A stretch of 61,730 bases of DNA, counting the filler. It is 4 parts of 4 records of this genome, joined end to end, with 100 filler letters (N's around TTAATTAATTAA, not from the genome) between each part and the next. Parts side by side here need not be neighbours in the genome. Positions count along the whole stretch, not along the records: positions 36,327 to 54,040 come from SRR22947727_2543; positions 54,141 to 61,730 come from SRR22947727_2547; 2 more parts are not named here. The stretch is one strand, 5' to 3'. The translations under genes were made by a program, and so were the position numbers. The notes under the pieces are model-generated. The model saw only the letters and a list, made by a program, of their open reading frames with translations. It had not been told where the DNA came from and did not search any database. Shown here one piece after another: positions 48,302 through 60,209 of the stretch; positions within the stretch are counted from its first letter, which is position 1; the number at the start of each line of letters is the position of its first letter.

Positions 48302-49291
48302 ATGGATCAAGGATCAATAATGATGACGCCGCAAGAGATGGAAAAAAGGATCGTAAGATATGGGGATTTGATCCCATGTAAAACGGCCTTTATCGATGCC
48401 CATACCCCAGGTTCGGATCAAAAGGAAAACTTCACCATTATCGGTGGGGGGGTCTCGGAAAGTGCGGATCAACATGTTCATATCAATATTCCGCACGGTT
48501 TTAATATTGGCGCTGCCGGGCAGCCGCCCAAATGCCGAAACTCACTGCATTCGCACCGCACAGCCGAAGTGTTTTTCGTGCTTTCGGGCCGGTGGAGGTT
48601 TTTTTGGGGGCGTTGGGGCACCGCGGGTGAGGTGGTTCTTGAGGCAGGAGATATCATCAACCTGCCGACAGGTATTTTCAGAGGGTTTGAAAATATCGGA
48701 ACCGATTATGGAATGATCATGGCAGTGTTGGGCGGCGATGATGCTGGCGGGGGTGTGATTTGGGCGCCGCAAGTGATTGAGGATGCCAAAGACCATGGGC
48801 TTGTTTTATCTCAAAAGGGTAAGCTTTATGATACTGCGCAGGGGCAAAGCCTTCCCGCAGGGGACATGCCGATGCCTGTTTTAACGCCGCAAGAGCTCGC
48901 TGCATTTCCTGAACTGTCAGCGCAGGATTTAGTGCCAAACCACGTTGCACGTTATTGGGATATGATCGCTTTCGCGGATCCTGCGCCGGCAAAAATCATC
49001 GGCGAAGGCGCGATGCTTCCAGATCGACCAGGGTTTGAAGTTGAGTTTATCACGCAGTGCACCCGCTTTGATGATTTTGAGACTTGTGATCAAGCGGATG
49101 TCATTATGCCCGTGCGCGGGCATTGGCGTTTGGATTATGAGGGTGGCAGCACGGCGCTTAATCCAGGCGATACAGCTTCGGTTCCTGAAAACACGCCGCA
49201 TCGCTTGGCGCCAGCGATGAGCGGCGCTTGCGCGGCCTTCCGAATCCGGAAAACCGGGGACCCTGCTGGGCCCACTTGGAAAGGAAATTAA
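48302..49291 (+). CDS. Cupin-domain protein (likely bicupin)
   Basis: LHSHRTAEVFFVLSG...GDIINLPTG first cupin; LNPGDTASVPENTPH second cupin. Confidence 0.8.
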   Translation: MDQGSIMMTPQEMEKRIVRYGDLIPCKTAFIDAHTPGSDQKENFTIIGGGVSESADQHVHINIPHGFNIGAAGQPPKCRNSLHSHRTAEVFFVLSGRWRFFWGRWGTAGEVVLEAGDIINLPTGIFRGFENIGTDYGMIMAVLGGDDAGGGVIWAPQVIEDAKDHGLVLSQKGKLYDTAQGQSLPAGDMPMPVLTPQELAAFPELSAQDLVPNHVARYWDMIAFADPAPAKIIGEGAMLPDRPGFEVEFITQCTRFDDFETCDQADVIMPVRGHWRLDYEGGSTALNPGDTASVPENTPHRLAPAMSGACAAFRIRKTGDPAGPTWKGN

Positions 49292-50428
49292 ATGAAGATT
49301 GCAACAACGCATGTCGGGTCTTTGCCGCGCAGCCAAGCTGTCGTGGATTTTATTTTTGCCCGTGAACATAAACAATCCTATGATCAGGTGGCTTTCGACC
49401 GCACCATGCAGGAGGCGGTTCTTGATACGGTTCAAAAGCAAGTGGATGCCGGCATAAACATCGTATCGGATGGGGAGACGTCAAAAATTTCTTATGCAAC
49501 CTATGTCAAAGATCGATATACTGGCTTTGATGGCGATGGCCCGCGCAATGCGCCTGCGGATTTAAAGCGGTTTCCAAGCTTTTTAAAGCGCCTAGCCGAT
49601 GATGGTGGCACACCGCAATACGCGCGCCCTATGTGCGTGGGGGATGTGAAATCCAAAGGCCAAGGCGAGTTGGAAAAGGATATTGCCAATTTGAAAGGCG
49701 CGATGGCCGCCGCGGGGGTGGAGCGCGGATTTATGAATGCCGCCTCGCCCGGGGTGATATCGTTGTTTTTGCAAAATGAATATTACGCGAGCCGTGAAAA
49801 ATATCTGGAAGCTTTAGCCGAGGCGATGAAGCAGGAATATGAAACGATTGTGGCCTCTGGTCTTGATTTGCAATTGGATTGCCCGGATCTGGCGTTATCA
49901 CGGCATATGTTGTTTCATGATCTCAGCGATGAGGCCTTCATTAAAATAGCGCAATCGCATGTTGAGGCATTGAATTATGCGTTGCAAAATGTACCCCAAG
50001 AGAAAGTGCGGGTTCATATTTGTTGGGGAAATTACGAAGGCCCGCATGTCTGCGACATCCCAATGTCAAAAATGTTTGATACGCTTATGGCGACCAAATC
50101 GCGCTATGTCTTGTTTGAAACCTCGAACCCGCGCCATGGGCATGAATGGCAAGTTTTTGCAGATCGTAAAAATGATATCCCAGACGATAAAATCTTGGTG
50201 CCAGGCGTTGTGGATACCACAACCAATTTTGTAGAACATCCTGAATTGGTGGCAGAGCGGCTGCGGCGGTTTTCGGGGGTTGTTGGGCAAGACAGGGTGG
50301 TCGCCAGCAGTGATTGCGGCTTTGGAACCTTTGCCGGTTTTGGCACGATCGATCCTGAAATTGCCTATGCAAAACTTACGGCGTTGTCTGAGGGGGCGCA
50401 GCTGGCGTCAAAAGCCGAAGTGGGATAA
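49292..50428 (+). CDS. Cobalamin-independent methionine synthase II-family (MetE C-terminal-like) zinc enzyme
   Basis: TTHVGSLPR, SDGE, QLDCPDL, HICWGNY, E in FETSNPRH, DCGF; lacks the N-terminal half of full MetE. Confidence 0.85.
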   Translation: MKIATTHVGSLPRSQAVVDFIFAREHKQSYDQVAFDRTMQEAVLDTVQKQVDAGINIVSDGETSKISYATYVKDRYTGFDGDGPRNAPADLKRFPSFLKRLADDGGTPQYARPMCVGDVKSKGQGELEKDIANLKGAMAAAGVERGFMNAASPGVISLFLQNEYYASREKYLEALAEAMKQEYETIVASGLDLQLDCPDLALSRHMLFHDLSDEAFIKIAQSHVEALNYALQNVPQEKVRVHICWGNYEGPHVCDIPMSKMFDTLMATKSRYVLFETSNPRHGHEWQVFADRKNDIPDDKILVPGVVDTTTNFVEHPELVAERLRRFSGVVGQDRVVASSDCGFGTFAGFGTIDPEIAYAKLTALSEGAQLASKAEVG

Positions 50429-50696
50429 GCCCAAGCAGCCACGGCGCTGGTCCACATGACTGAGCCGCATGCGGGTTAGCTTATATGTGGGCGGTTTCCC
50501 TTCCGATACGGCTTCGGTATACCCTCGACTGGGTTATCACCGCCCTCTGCGCAATTCACACTTTCAGTGGGACTCTGAGCACCTTGTGCAGGCCGTCAGA
50601 GGTTTTTTAGGCAGGTATGAGATTTATGTTTATAAGAGGGTAGGGGGGCTAGGCGGGTTATTCAAAACCTACAAGCTGCCTCTGCGTCGCTTTGTG

Positions 50697-51515
50697 CTAA
50701 AGGGCCAAAGCATCGTCAGGCGTTGGCGGCGCAAATGAATATCCCCCCCAAACCGATTGATCGAAATGGATCACCGATCCGGTCATCATGCCGCTATCAT
50801 CTGAGGCTAGAAATGTAACGGCTTTGGCCACTTCTTTTGGATCTAACAGCCTGCCAAAGGGCATTTCAGCTGCAGCGGCGTCAAGCCAGTTATCTTCAGC
50901 CCCGTGATATTCGCGTTGGATACGATCTTCTCCATCCGAAGCCATCCAGCCAATATTCAGCTGATTGACCCGGATATTATTGCGCATCAAAGCATATCCA
51001 GAATTGCGCGTTAAGGTCGCCAAAGCGCCTTTGGAGGCGCAATAGGGCGCGATAAAAGGCTGCCCTGCCATCGCTGAGGCCGAACCAATATTTACAATTG
51101 AGCCTTTTATGTTCTCGCGGATCATCACTTTCGCGCTTTCTTGCATCAGAAAAAAAGGCGCGCGGGTATTGACCGCGAACATACGATTGAAAAGATCTTC
51201 GCTGGTATCCAGTAAATTTCCGCGATCCGTAAGGCCGGCAGCATTGACCAAAATATCGACCTGTCCAAAACGCGTATCGGCCTGGGATACAACATTTCGG
51301 CAATCTGCCACGCTTTCAAGATCAGCCTCAAAAAACACCACTGGAACGCCCGTGCTTTGGGTGATCTTTGTGGCCACATGACCGCCATTTTCAGCATGTC
51401 GTCCGCAGGTCAGGATAGCCTTGGCACCGGCTTGGGCAAATTGCCAAGCGATTTCCGCACCCAAGCCTTGCGTTCCACCGGTGACGATGGCCACCTTATT
51501 TTCTATTCTATTCAT
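50697..51515 (-). CDS. Short-chain dehydrogenase/reductase
   Basis: TGGTQGLG, NAAG, YCASK. Confidence 0.92.
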   Translation of the reverse strand: MNRIENKVAIVTGGTQGLGAEIAWQFAQAGAKAILTCGRHAENGGHVATKITQSTGVPVVFFEADLESVADCRNVVSQADTRFGQVDILVNAAGLTDRGNLLDTSEDLFNRMFAVNTRAPFFLMQESAKVMIRENIKGSIVNIGSASAMAGQPFIAPYCASKGALATLTRNSGYALMRNNIRVNQLNIGWMASDGEDRIQREYHGAEDNWLDAAAAEMPFGRLLDPKEVAKAVTFLASDDSGMMTGSVIHFDQSVWGGYSFAPPTPDDALAL

Positions 51516-51830
51516 CTTATGGCTCCTGCTGCTATTTGGTTACACTGTAAGGGTCAGAAAAGCGCGGAATGTTTCAGACATTCAACCCTAAAGATAATCT
51601 ATGCGTCGCAAAAAGCTGATGAAACCCAGAGGATGAATGCCAATATCAAGTTCTATTCGGTTTTTCTTTGCGGGGCTTATTGTTGAAACCGAGCCTAGGA
51701 GCGAAGATTGATACCTGCCCAAAGGTGCTCGACTCTAAATATAATACTCCATAATGAGCTCGGGCCGTTTTCAGATTGGGGCAGAATACCCGCGCTTATC
51801 CGTTTTAGGCGCGCAATCGCTGCCGGGTTC

Positions 51831-52101
51831 TTACCCTCGAGGATAGATATTCTCGTAACGCATAATATCATCCTCACTAAGATAGCGTCCTGTTTGGACC
51901 TCAATCAAAACCATTGGATCTTTTGTCAAGTTCTTGATGCGATGTTTGTACCCCAACCGGAATAAATATCGAATGATTTTCGTGCAATTGTTGAACCGTT
52001 TCATCAACGCTGACTTCTGCCGTGCCTTTGACAATGATCCAATGCTCTGCACGATGAAGATGGGATTGAAGGGACAAGGCGGCTTTGGGCTTTACGTAAA
52101 T
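51831..52101 (-). pseudogene. Remnant of a ManC / type II mannose-6-phosphate isomerase cupin domain
   Basis: IYVKPKAALSLQSHLHRAEHWIIVKGTA...IFIPVG in one frame, then KHRIKN...LIEVQTGRYLSEDDIMRYENIY after a 1-nt frameshift near 51950-51955; no N-terminal domain. Confidence 0.8.
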
Positions 52102-52358
52102 CCATATCAGATTAGCTCTCTAAGCATAAATTTAGTTTTTTCACTACTATTCTTGGTATCAGACTTTTGATACGCACGCCAAGCTCTTACTATCATTTAG
52201 TCAAGTAAGAAACTTGTTAGTTCTCGGCCTGATATCCGGCGAGCCAATTCCGCACCAGACATCAACTTATTACACTCCCTGCACACCGCCGACTAAAGTT
52301 TGGCAAGCGACAACACTCCGAGATAAGGTATTCAAGCGGCGTCATAGAAAATTCAATC

Positions 52359-53006
52359 TCAGAATTCAGAAATCACCAATCTTCTAATCTTCTTCAGAGC
52401 TTTAGCTATTGTATATTGCATGTTCGCATACTTCCCTACGAAAACTAATGGCTTGTTACGCCATATCACGGTTCTGTAAGCGGTCCCTTTTTGCAACCTT
52501 TGATGCCATTTCGGACCATAAAGAAATTTACAAAGAGCATGAGAATTATGCGGCAGGTTCACCTGATTTCCGAAAAATTCCTGCTTTTGTAGTGGGTAAA
52601 CTAACTCAGAAGGAACGTGTAGAATCGTATCAAGATTCGCAACTTGGCCATGGAAATTCCACCTGTCTTTGAGCACGCCGTGTCCATTGTCCTCAAAAAG
52701 ATAGAAATCGGCTACAACTTCGCTTCTACCTATAAATCTGCGTGCTTGAAGAAAGTAGGGGGTATTGTTTGGCTTCTCTCGGCCATCTATGTAAATTCCA
52801 TTGTCCTCAAGACGTGCTATCAGCTGAAAGCGTTCTTCCACGGGAACATAAAAATCGATGTCGTCATCGCCTTCAATCACTCCACCGTCTCTTTCCAGCC
52901 CAAGCATGGTCCCAAAAAATACGAAGTGTTCAATTCCTTCAAGAATTTTGCAAAAATAGGTTAAGTTCTCTTGATTGGTCTCCCGCGAAACCGCTTTTTT
53001 AGCCAT
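52359..53006 (-). CDS. LicD-family nucleotidyl/phosphotransferase
   Basis: FFGTMLGLERDGGVIEGDDDIDF and LYGPKW. Confidence 0.8.
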   Translation of the reverse strand: MAKKAVSRETNQENLTYFCKILEGIEHFVFFGTMLGLERDGGVIEGDDDIDFYVPVEERFQLIARLEDNGIYIDGREKPNNTPYFLQARRFIGRSEVVADFYLFEDNGHGVLKDRWNFHGQVANLDTILHVPSELVYPLQKQEFFGNQVNLPHNSHALCKFLYGPKWHQRLQKGTAYRTVIWRNKPLVFVGKYANMQYTIAKALKKIRRLVISEF

Positions 53007-53628
53007 CTATCCGCTCCATCACGTGACGAGCGACATAAGCGTCATCAGCACCCCATTTAGCAAATCCTACTCCCTCGACAGAGCATTGGCATTTAAAACC
53101 CACATCACCTAACATTTCTGTAACTTTTCTACTATTCAGATAATTACGGTAATGTTGTCCAGTTTCCCTAACGCCTTCAGCATCTTTTTCAGTCCTATAT
53201 TCTAGATATAATTTTTCACCTTTTGTTAGAATGCTCTCGCAAAGAGCGAAGAACCTTTCGATCTGATCATTACGAAGAGCGTGAATGAAGAAACGAGCTT
53301 ATAGGCATTTCGTACCTGTAACCGGGTCGCCGGTGCCCGGGAACTCCCCATCGACGTCAAACACTTGAAAACTTGGTTGGTACAGATGCCCTTCAGACTT
53401 TTTGCGGTTCGCCTTGATAACGGACTGTGCACCATCAAAGGCAAAAACTCGTTTTCCGAATTCCGCGAAAAAGAACGCATCCCGGCCTGTGCCGCAGCCA
53501 AACTCGAGAACATTCTCTACGTCGCCCATTTCACCATAGACAAACGCAGCAAATTGTGACGGATAAGACAGACGCTTGACTTTGCTAGACTTTGCGTAAA
53601 ATTCATCCCAATATTGATTATCTATCAT
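52999..53628 (-). pseudogene. Class I SAM-dependent methyltransferase with an internal stop
   Basis: YWDEFY, VLEFGCGTGRD; in-frame TAA at 53299-53301 (KCL*ARFFIHA), then the frame stays open (LEYRT...HYR...EGVGFAK...VAR) to a stop overlapping the LicD start. Confidence 0.78.
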
Positions 53629-53886
53629 GTCTCCATTTCGCTTTCGTTATTTTGATTTCTACAACTCAAAAATGTTATGTTGACTTATAAATTTTTGAAA
53701 ATAATCAATATTATCAATTTCAATTAAATTTACAAAATCCCAGTGCCAATTCAAAATGACCAAAAAAAGTTTCAAATGTGACCACCAATGATCTTAGAGA
53801 ACCGCTTAGGGTATGATTTTGGCGATAATGGCTAAAGACACGTTCTCAAACCACTGGCGAGTAAGACAGGGTAAATCTTTGACATA

Positions 53887-54040
53887 TTAAAATAACAACC
53901 TCTGTTTATATTCATGCACGGATGCCTGCATGAACCCATCCACAGATCCACAATCAAAACGCCGACCGTTTAGACGTACAGTTTCAACGGAACCTTGCTT
54001 TGCATGTATATTAATCGCATCTGCCAATTGAATTTCCCCG
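53887..54040 (-). CDS. galU: UTP-glucose-1-phosphate uridylyltransferase, C-terminal end (5'-truncated)
   Basis: GEIQLADAIN...GRRFDCGSVDGFMQA. Confidence 0.82.
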
Positions 54041-54140
54041 NNNNNNNNNNNNNNNNNNNNNNNNNNNNNNNNNNNNNNNNNNNNTTAATTAATTAANNNN
54101 NNNNNNNNNNNNNNNNNNNNNNNNNNNNNNNNNNNNNNNN
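54041..54140. other. Artificial contig spacer
   Basis: 44 N + TTAATTAATTAA + 44 N. Confidence 0.98.
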
Positions 54141-54200
54141 CCCCCCCCCCCCCCCCCCCCCCCCCCTCTCTCGCTCGCTCACTCTCTGTCTGTCTGTCTT
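54141..54200. repeat. Poly-C tract plus CT/CTCG/CTGT microsatellite at the contig start
   Basis: Directly visible low-complexity sequence. Confidence 0.85.
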
Positions 54201-54363
54201 TGTCCACGATGCCCCTTTGTCCAGCAACCATCACCACCTCCTGGCGGAGTGAACCGAATCAGTTTTCGCACACCAACCCTATGGCACCATCGCAGAACAC
54301 CGGCCTGTGCCCAATGACCACGGCAATTCACCATGCGCCTTGCAATGCACCTGCCACAACCAG

Positions 54364-56223
<1,860 letters not shown>

Positions 56224-56793
56224 GAGACCATGGGCAGTACACGTGCAACACTATCACTGCAATGCAAGCGCTAGCGCTAACGCGCGCAGGGCAATCGAGG
56301 CCAATTGGGGCTCAAAGACTGTTTGCTGGATAGAGGTTTATCTTTGACAAAAAGCCAGGATCGACCTTGAGAAATATCCCCCGGCAATGCTACAATGCAC
56401 ACTGAGCGTACTGAGTAGCAAACTGAGTCACTAACCAGTTAAATACGTACGGCTAAGTTGGTCACCAATTGATCCGGCTGAGATCCTGGACCACGAATGG
56501 TTCCGGATTCACGTCTCCGATTCTTCACAACAAAAAGCAATTCAAATCGATAATCGGGACTGTGAATGAGTGTGTACATATTTAAATGTAAGGTAGGGGC
56601 TCCAGCGGCCCGGGGTGATGATGCAGAACCAAAGCCTGTGTCTGTTTTGTACCACTTGCTTCCATCGCGTGTTTGAAGCGCCACTACTTGGTCCATATAT
56701 TTAGTAACGGTTTTGATATCACCGGGCGAGCGAATTTCCGTCGCTCTCCATTGGGTCCCACTTCAATCTCTCCAAATGTAACTCTCCTCCCCA

Positions 56794-57504
56794 TCACTCG
56801 GCGTACCACTTGGCCACGGGCTCAAGCTTCATGAAGCGGTCCACGTACGCGCACACGCCGGGAAAGCCCTCGAGGCAGGTCGTGGGCACGTAGTCCACCC
56901 CCCCGGACGTGAGGCGGTTCAGGACGGGGACGAGGGCGCAGTCCGCGATGGTGGGGGCGGCGCCGCAGAGGAAGTCCATGCCGCCCTTGCTCGGCGAGAG
57001 GCGCTTCTCGAAGTAGCCCATGAAGCGCGGCAGCTGCCCAGCCACGAAGGCCTCGCGCACGATCTTCACCACGGCCGCGTGCTCGGGGGTGCCGTTAAAC
57101 CCCTCGGGGTACCCGAACTCCGTCGAGTCGATGCCGACCGCCACGGGGGACCTCCAGCTCCTCTCGAGGTCAGAGACGAGCCCTCTCGCCTCTTCGATTT
57201 TCAGCATGTCCTCGGAGGGGTACAGCGGCACGCCGTTCGCGTTGGCCAGCGTTCCAGCGTAGCGAAGCATGGCCTCAGATTGCGCCATGGGCTCGGCGCC
57301 ATCGATGGTCAGGAGCGGAAGCTGCCCGTACGGTGTGGTAGGCTTCACCGTTCCCCACTCACTGAACTGCACCCGCTCGTCCTCGAAGGGTACGTTGCCC
57401 AGGACGAAGGCGAGCCGGACCTTCTCCGCCGCTCCTTGGATGTTGAAATACTGAAGCTTGAGCTTGGGAGTGGTGGCGACGCCGCTGTTCATGGAGAGAG
57501 CCAT
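56794..57504 (-). CDS. Glutathione S-transferase (sigma-like)
   Basis: LQYFNIQGAAEKVRL, TPYGQLP, AQSEAMLRYAG, PTIADC; intronless; start uncertain (57540, 57504 or 57492). Confidence 0.88.
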   Translation of the reverse strand: MALSMNSGVATTPKLKLQYFNIQGAAEKVRLAFVLGNVPFEDERVQFSEWGTVKPTTPYGQLPLLTIDGAEPMAQSEAMLRYAGTLANANGVPLYPSEDMLKIEEARGLVSDLERSWRSPVAVGIDSTEFGYPEGFNGTPEHAAVVKIVREAFVAGQLPRFMGYFEKRLSPSKGGMDFLCGAAPTIADCALVPVLNRLTSGGVDYVPTTCLEGFPGVCAYVDRFMKLEPVAKWYAE

Positions 57505-57722
57505 CGTGAGGGTGCGCCCGTGTTGCAGGCCCCGGCCCATTCACATGCTGAGTGCTGACGTACGGGGTACACATGCAAACTTAGTTCCCCGGAATCAACT
57601 TTTGCGCTTCTTTTTTGCTTAGATTTTTCCCAATTATTCCGGCTTCCGCGCTGGCCTGATTCTCATCAACCTCCATTGTTCCGACTCGAGGCCGCTTAAG
57701 CCTCTTCCGCTGACTGCTAGCC

Positions 57723-59799
57723 ATGTCGCTGATCAACCAGCAAGGTGTGAACGCCTTTCATATTGTGCCCGTGCCCTCGTCTCCCTCTCGCACCGCGGCT
57801 CGAACAGCCTTTCTTCCTTTTCTTGTTGCCGCCGAGCACTTTTCCCCTTCTGGGAAGCGTGCGTTGCGGCGTGGATCAAGTCCAAACCATTGACCGTTCG
57901 TCGTATGAAGACTGATCTTGCATTGACGCTTCTCTTCTACAGCCATGCTTTCGCTGAAGGACGATCAGCTGTTCGATCAATTTATGGCTACGAAGGAATC
58001 GGTGGACGAGAAGGTGGTTCCGGATCCGGAACCCGTTTTCCCTGCTTCCAACGTTGTGTCGCCCATGGTACAAAGCCATATGTACGTTATCCTCGAAAAA
58101 CTGTCAATAGCAAGGCCGTTGCAGATTTGCTCCTGCGTTGACTTGTCTGCCGTCGGGAAAATCTTGCTGTCTTGCTGCACTGCATCACAGCTCCAATTGC
58201 CCGCCCCGCCGTCGACCCGAACCCCGACCTGTGTCCTTCTCTGTGCTTCCCTGCATTATCCCGTCCAGGTCCCTAGGAGGAGTCAGCAAGGCCAGCGCTT
58301 TGTCTCAGAAAACCGACCACACAGTACACACAGCACACACCGCACACACAGTACACACGACACAAACACAGCAGTCGCACATCACTTCCTTGTCCAAGAA
58401 GGTGGGCTCCATGTCCGTTCTCGATGAGGGGTTTTCTGTGCTTCGCCGCCCCAGCACCCACAACAGCAATAAGAGCAGCATCAAGATGGGTTCCGCGAGC
58501 GTGTGCGAGCGCCTTGACGAGGGGCCCGCCACGTCGTCCATGGCCATGGCCTCCCTTGAAGGGCTTGACGTCTACTGCCAGCAGTGCTTCACGCCCATCA
58601 GCACTCAGGATGCGCTTTACGGCAAGCACCGGGGCCACCTCTTTGCGCCGCTGGACGAGGCCTTCAAAATGTCTGCGAACGAAGTCCGTTCGCACCTGGC
58701 GCAGCTGGAACAGCACTGCAACTCGATGCGCGCGTTCCAGACCGAGCTGAAGTCCCTCAACGACAAAGTTGTCACCGTCTCGGAGGTGTGGTCGGAGCAG
58801 GTCCGCAGCAACATTGCCCTGCTGCACAAGGCCTTGGACCAGAAGCAGGCCGCGATGCTCAAGACGATTCAAGAGGAGAAGGAGACGAAGCAGTCGGCGC
58901 TCGACAACCAAGCCAAGGAGATCTCGGACAAGGTCGAGAAGTTTGAGGAGCTCATCGCGGTCGCCATGACTATGCTCGAGAGCTCTACTAGCGTGCAGTA
59001 CCTGCGGAAGCACAAGTTTCTGTGCGAGCAGATCGAGGCGGCTGCAACTCCCGACGACCAGCTGGCCGCGGCCATCAAGGCTGAGATGCCCTTCCGTATG
59101 GATATCACGGAACCGCTGGAGCAAATTTCGGCGCTCAATCTGACAGCGGAGATGGATAGTGATCCTGGCCGCCACACCCACTCGGCCCCCGCCTCGACGC
59201 ATTCGGAGGAGACGGACAGCTCGTCCACCCCCCCCGCGGGGACAGTCAACTCGGTGAAGCCCCACGATGGGTACGTCTCCAATCTGGACCGCAGCGGCGC
59301 GTTCTACCATCTCGGAACTGCAGCGGCGGGCTACGACGAGTTTGTCAACCCGCTATCGACCGGGATGGTGACCGTTTCCGCGAGCGAGTGGGGCTATGCG
59401 GACCATCTGGACAAGATCTGCTGGCAGGAGAACTCTTCCTCGATATTCACTTCGGGCAAGCCTGAGTCGTGGATCTGCTTCACCCTCAACAACGGCTACG
59501 CCTTGCGCCCGTCGAGGTACCGCATCCAGCATGCGGGCGACTGCAAATCGCACGTCCCGCGGAGTTGGGTGCTCGAAGCGTCGGCGACCGGCGACGTGTG
59601 GGACGTGCTTTCGATCCACAACAACGACACCAGCTTGGCTTCAGAGGAGGGAAGCCACGCGTCGTGGGCCATCGCGAGCGAATCGATCAAGAACCCGTAT
59701 GCTATGTTCCGTATCACAATCACGGGCCCGAACTCATCGCAGGGTTACCACATCATGCTGGGGAGCGTCGAGTTCTGGGGCGTCCTGACTAAAAACTGA
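57723..59799 (+). CDS. Spliced eukaryotic protein with B-box-like zinc finger, coiled coil and C-terminal discoidin/galactose-binding-like domain
   Basis: Predicted exons 57723-57744, 57943-58067 and about 58399-59799; YCQQC...HRGH, heptad region, then GAFYHLGT..NP..G.V.V..S, SWICF, PRSWVLEAS, FRI..TGPNS, VEFWG. Confidence 0.72.
58318..58372. repeat. Degenerate 9-nt CA-rich tandem repeat (CACACAGYA), probably intronic
   Basis: cacacagtacacacagcacacaccgcacacacagtacacac. Confidence 0.7.
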
Positions 59800-60209
59800 T
59801 TCGGCCCTGCGCGGCTCCAAGCCCCCCCTGGAGGTTCGATGCAACCAATCTGCCCACGACTGGATGTTTCTGACCAGTCCAGTCCCTTGCATCAAGTACT
59901 CTACGCAGCGGTTCCGGGCATTTAAAATTGTACTTTATGCGCGTGCAAACAGCAGCGCACCCAGCCAAGAACCAAGTGCCCTTGGCAGTCTTATGTTATG
60001 AAATAAACATTCAAATGTGTCACACTCGCCATTATTCTTCTCGCCGCGCCTTGGCTGTGCAGCGCAATGCCAGACAACGCAGGCACACTGTTGCTGAAAA
60101 AGACGTGTATTGTTGTGGTCCAGAGCTCGTGTGGTACAAATTTGGATTATCGCTTCACCCAAGAAGCGAAATTATGCCCCAGCTTCTTCATCTATGCCCC
60201 AGCTTCATA

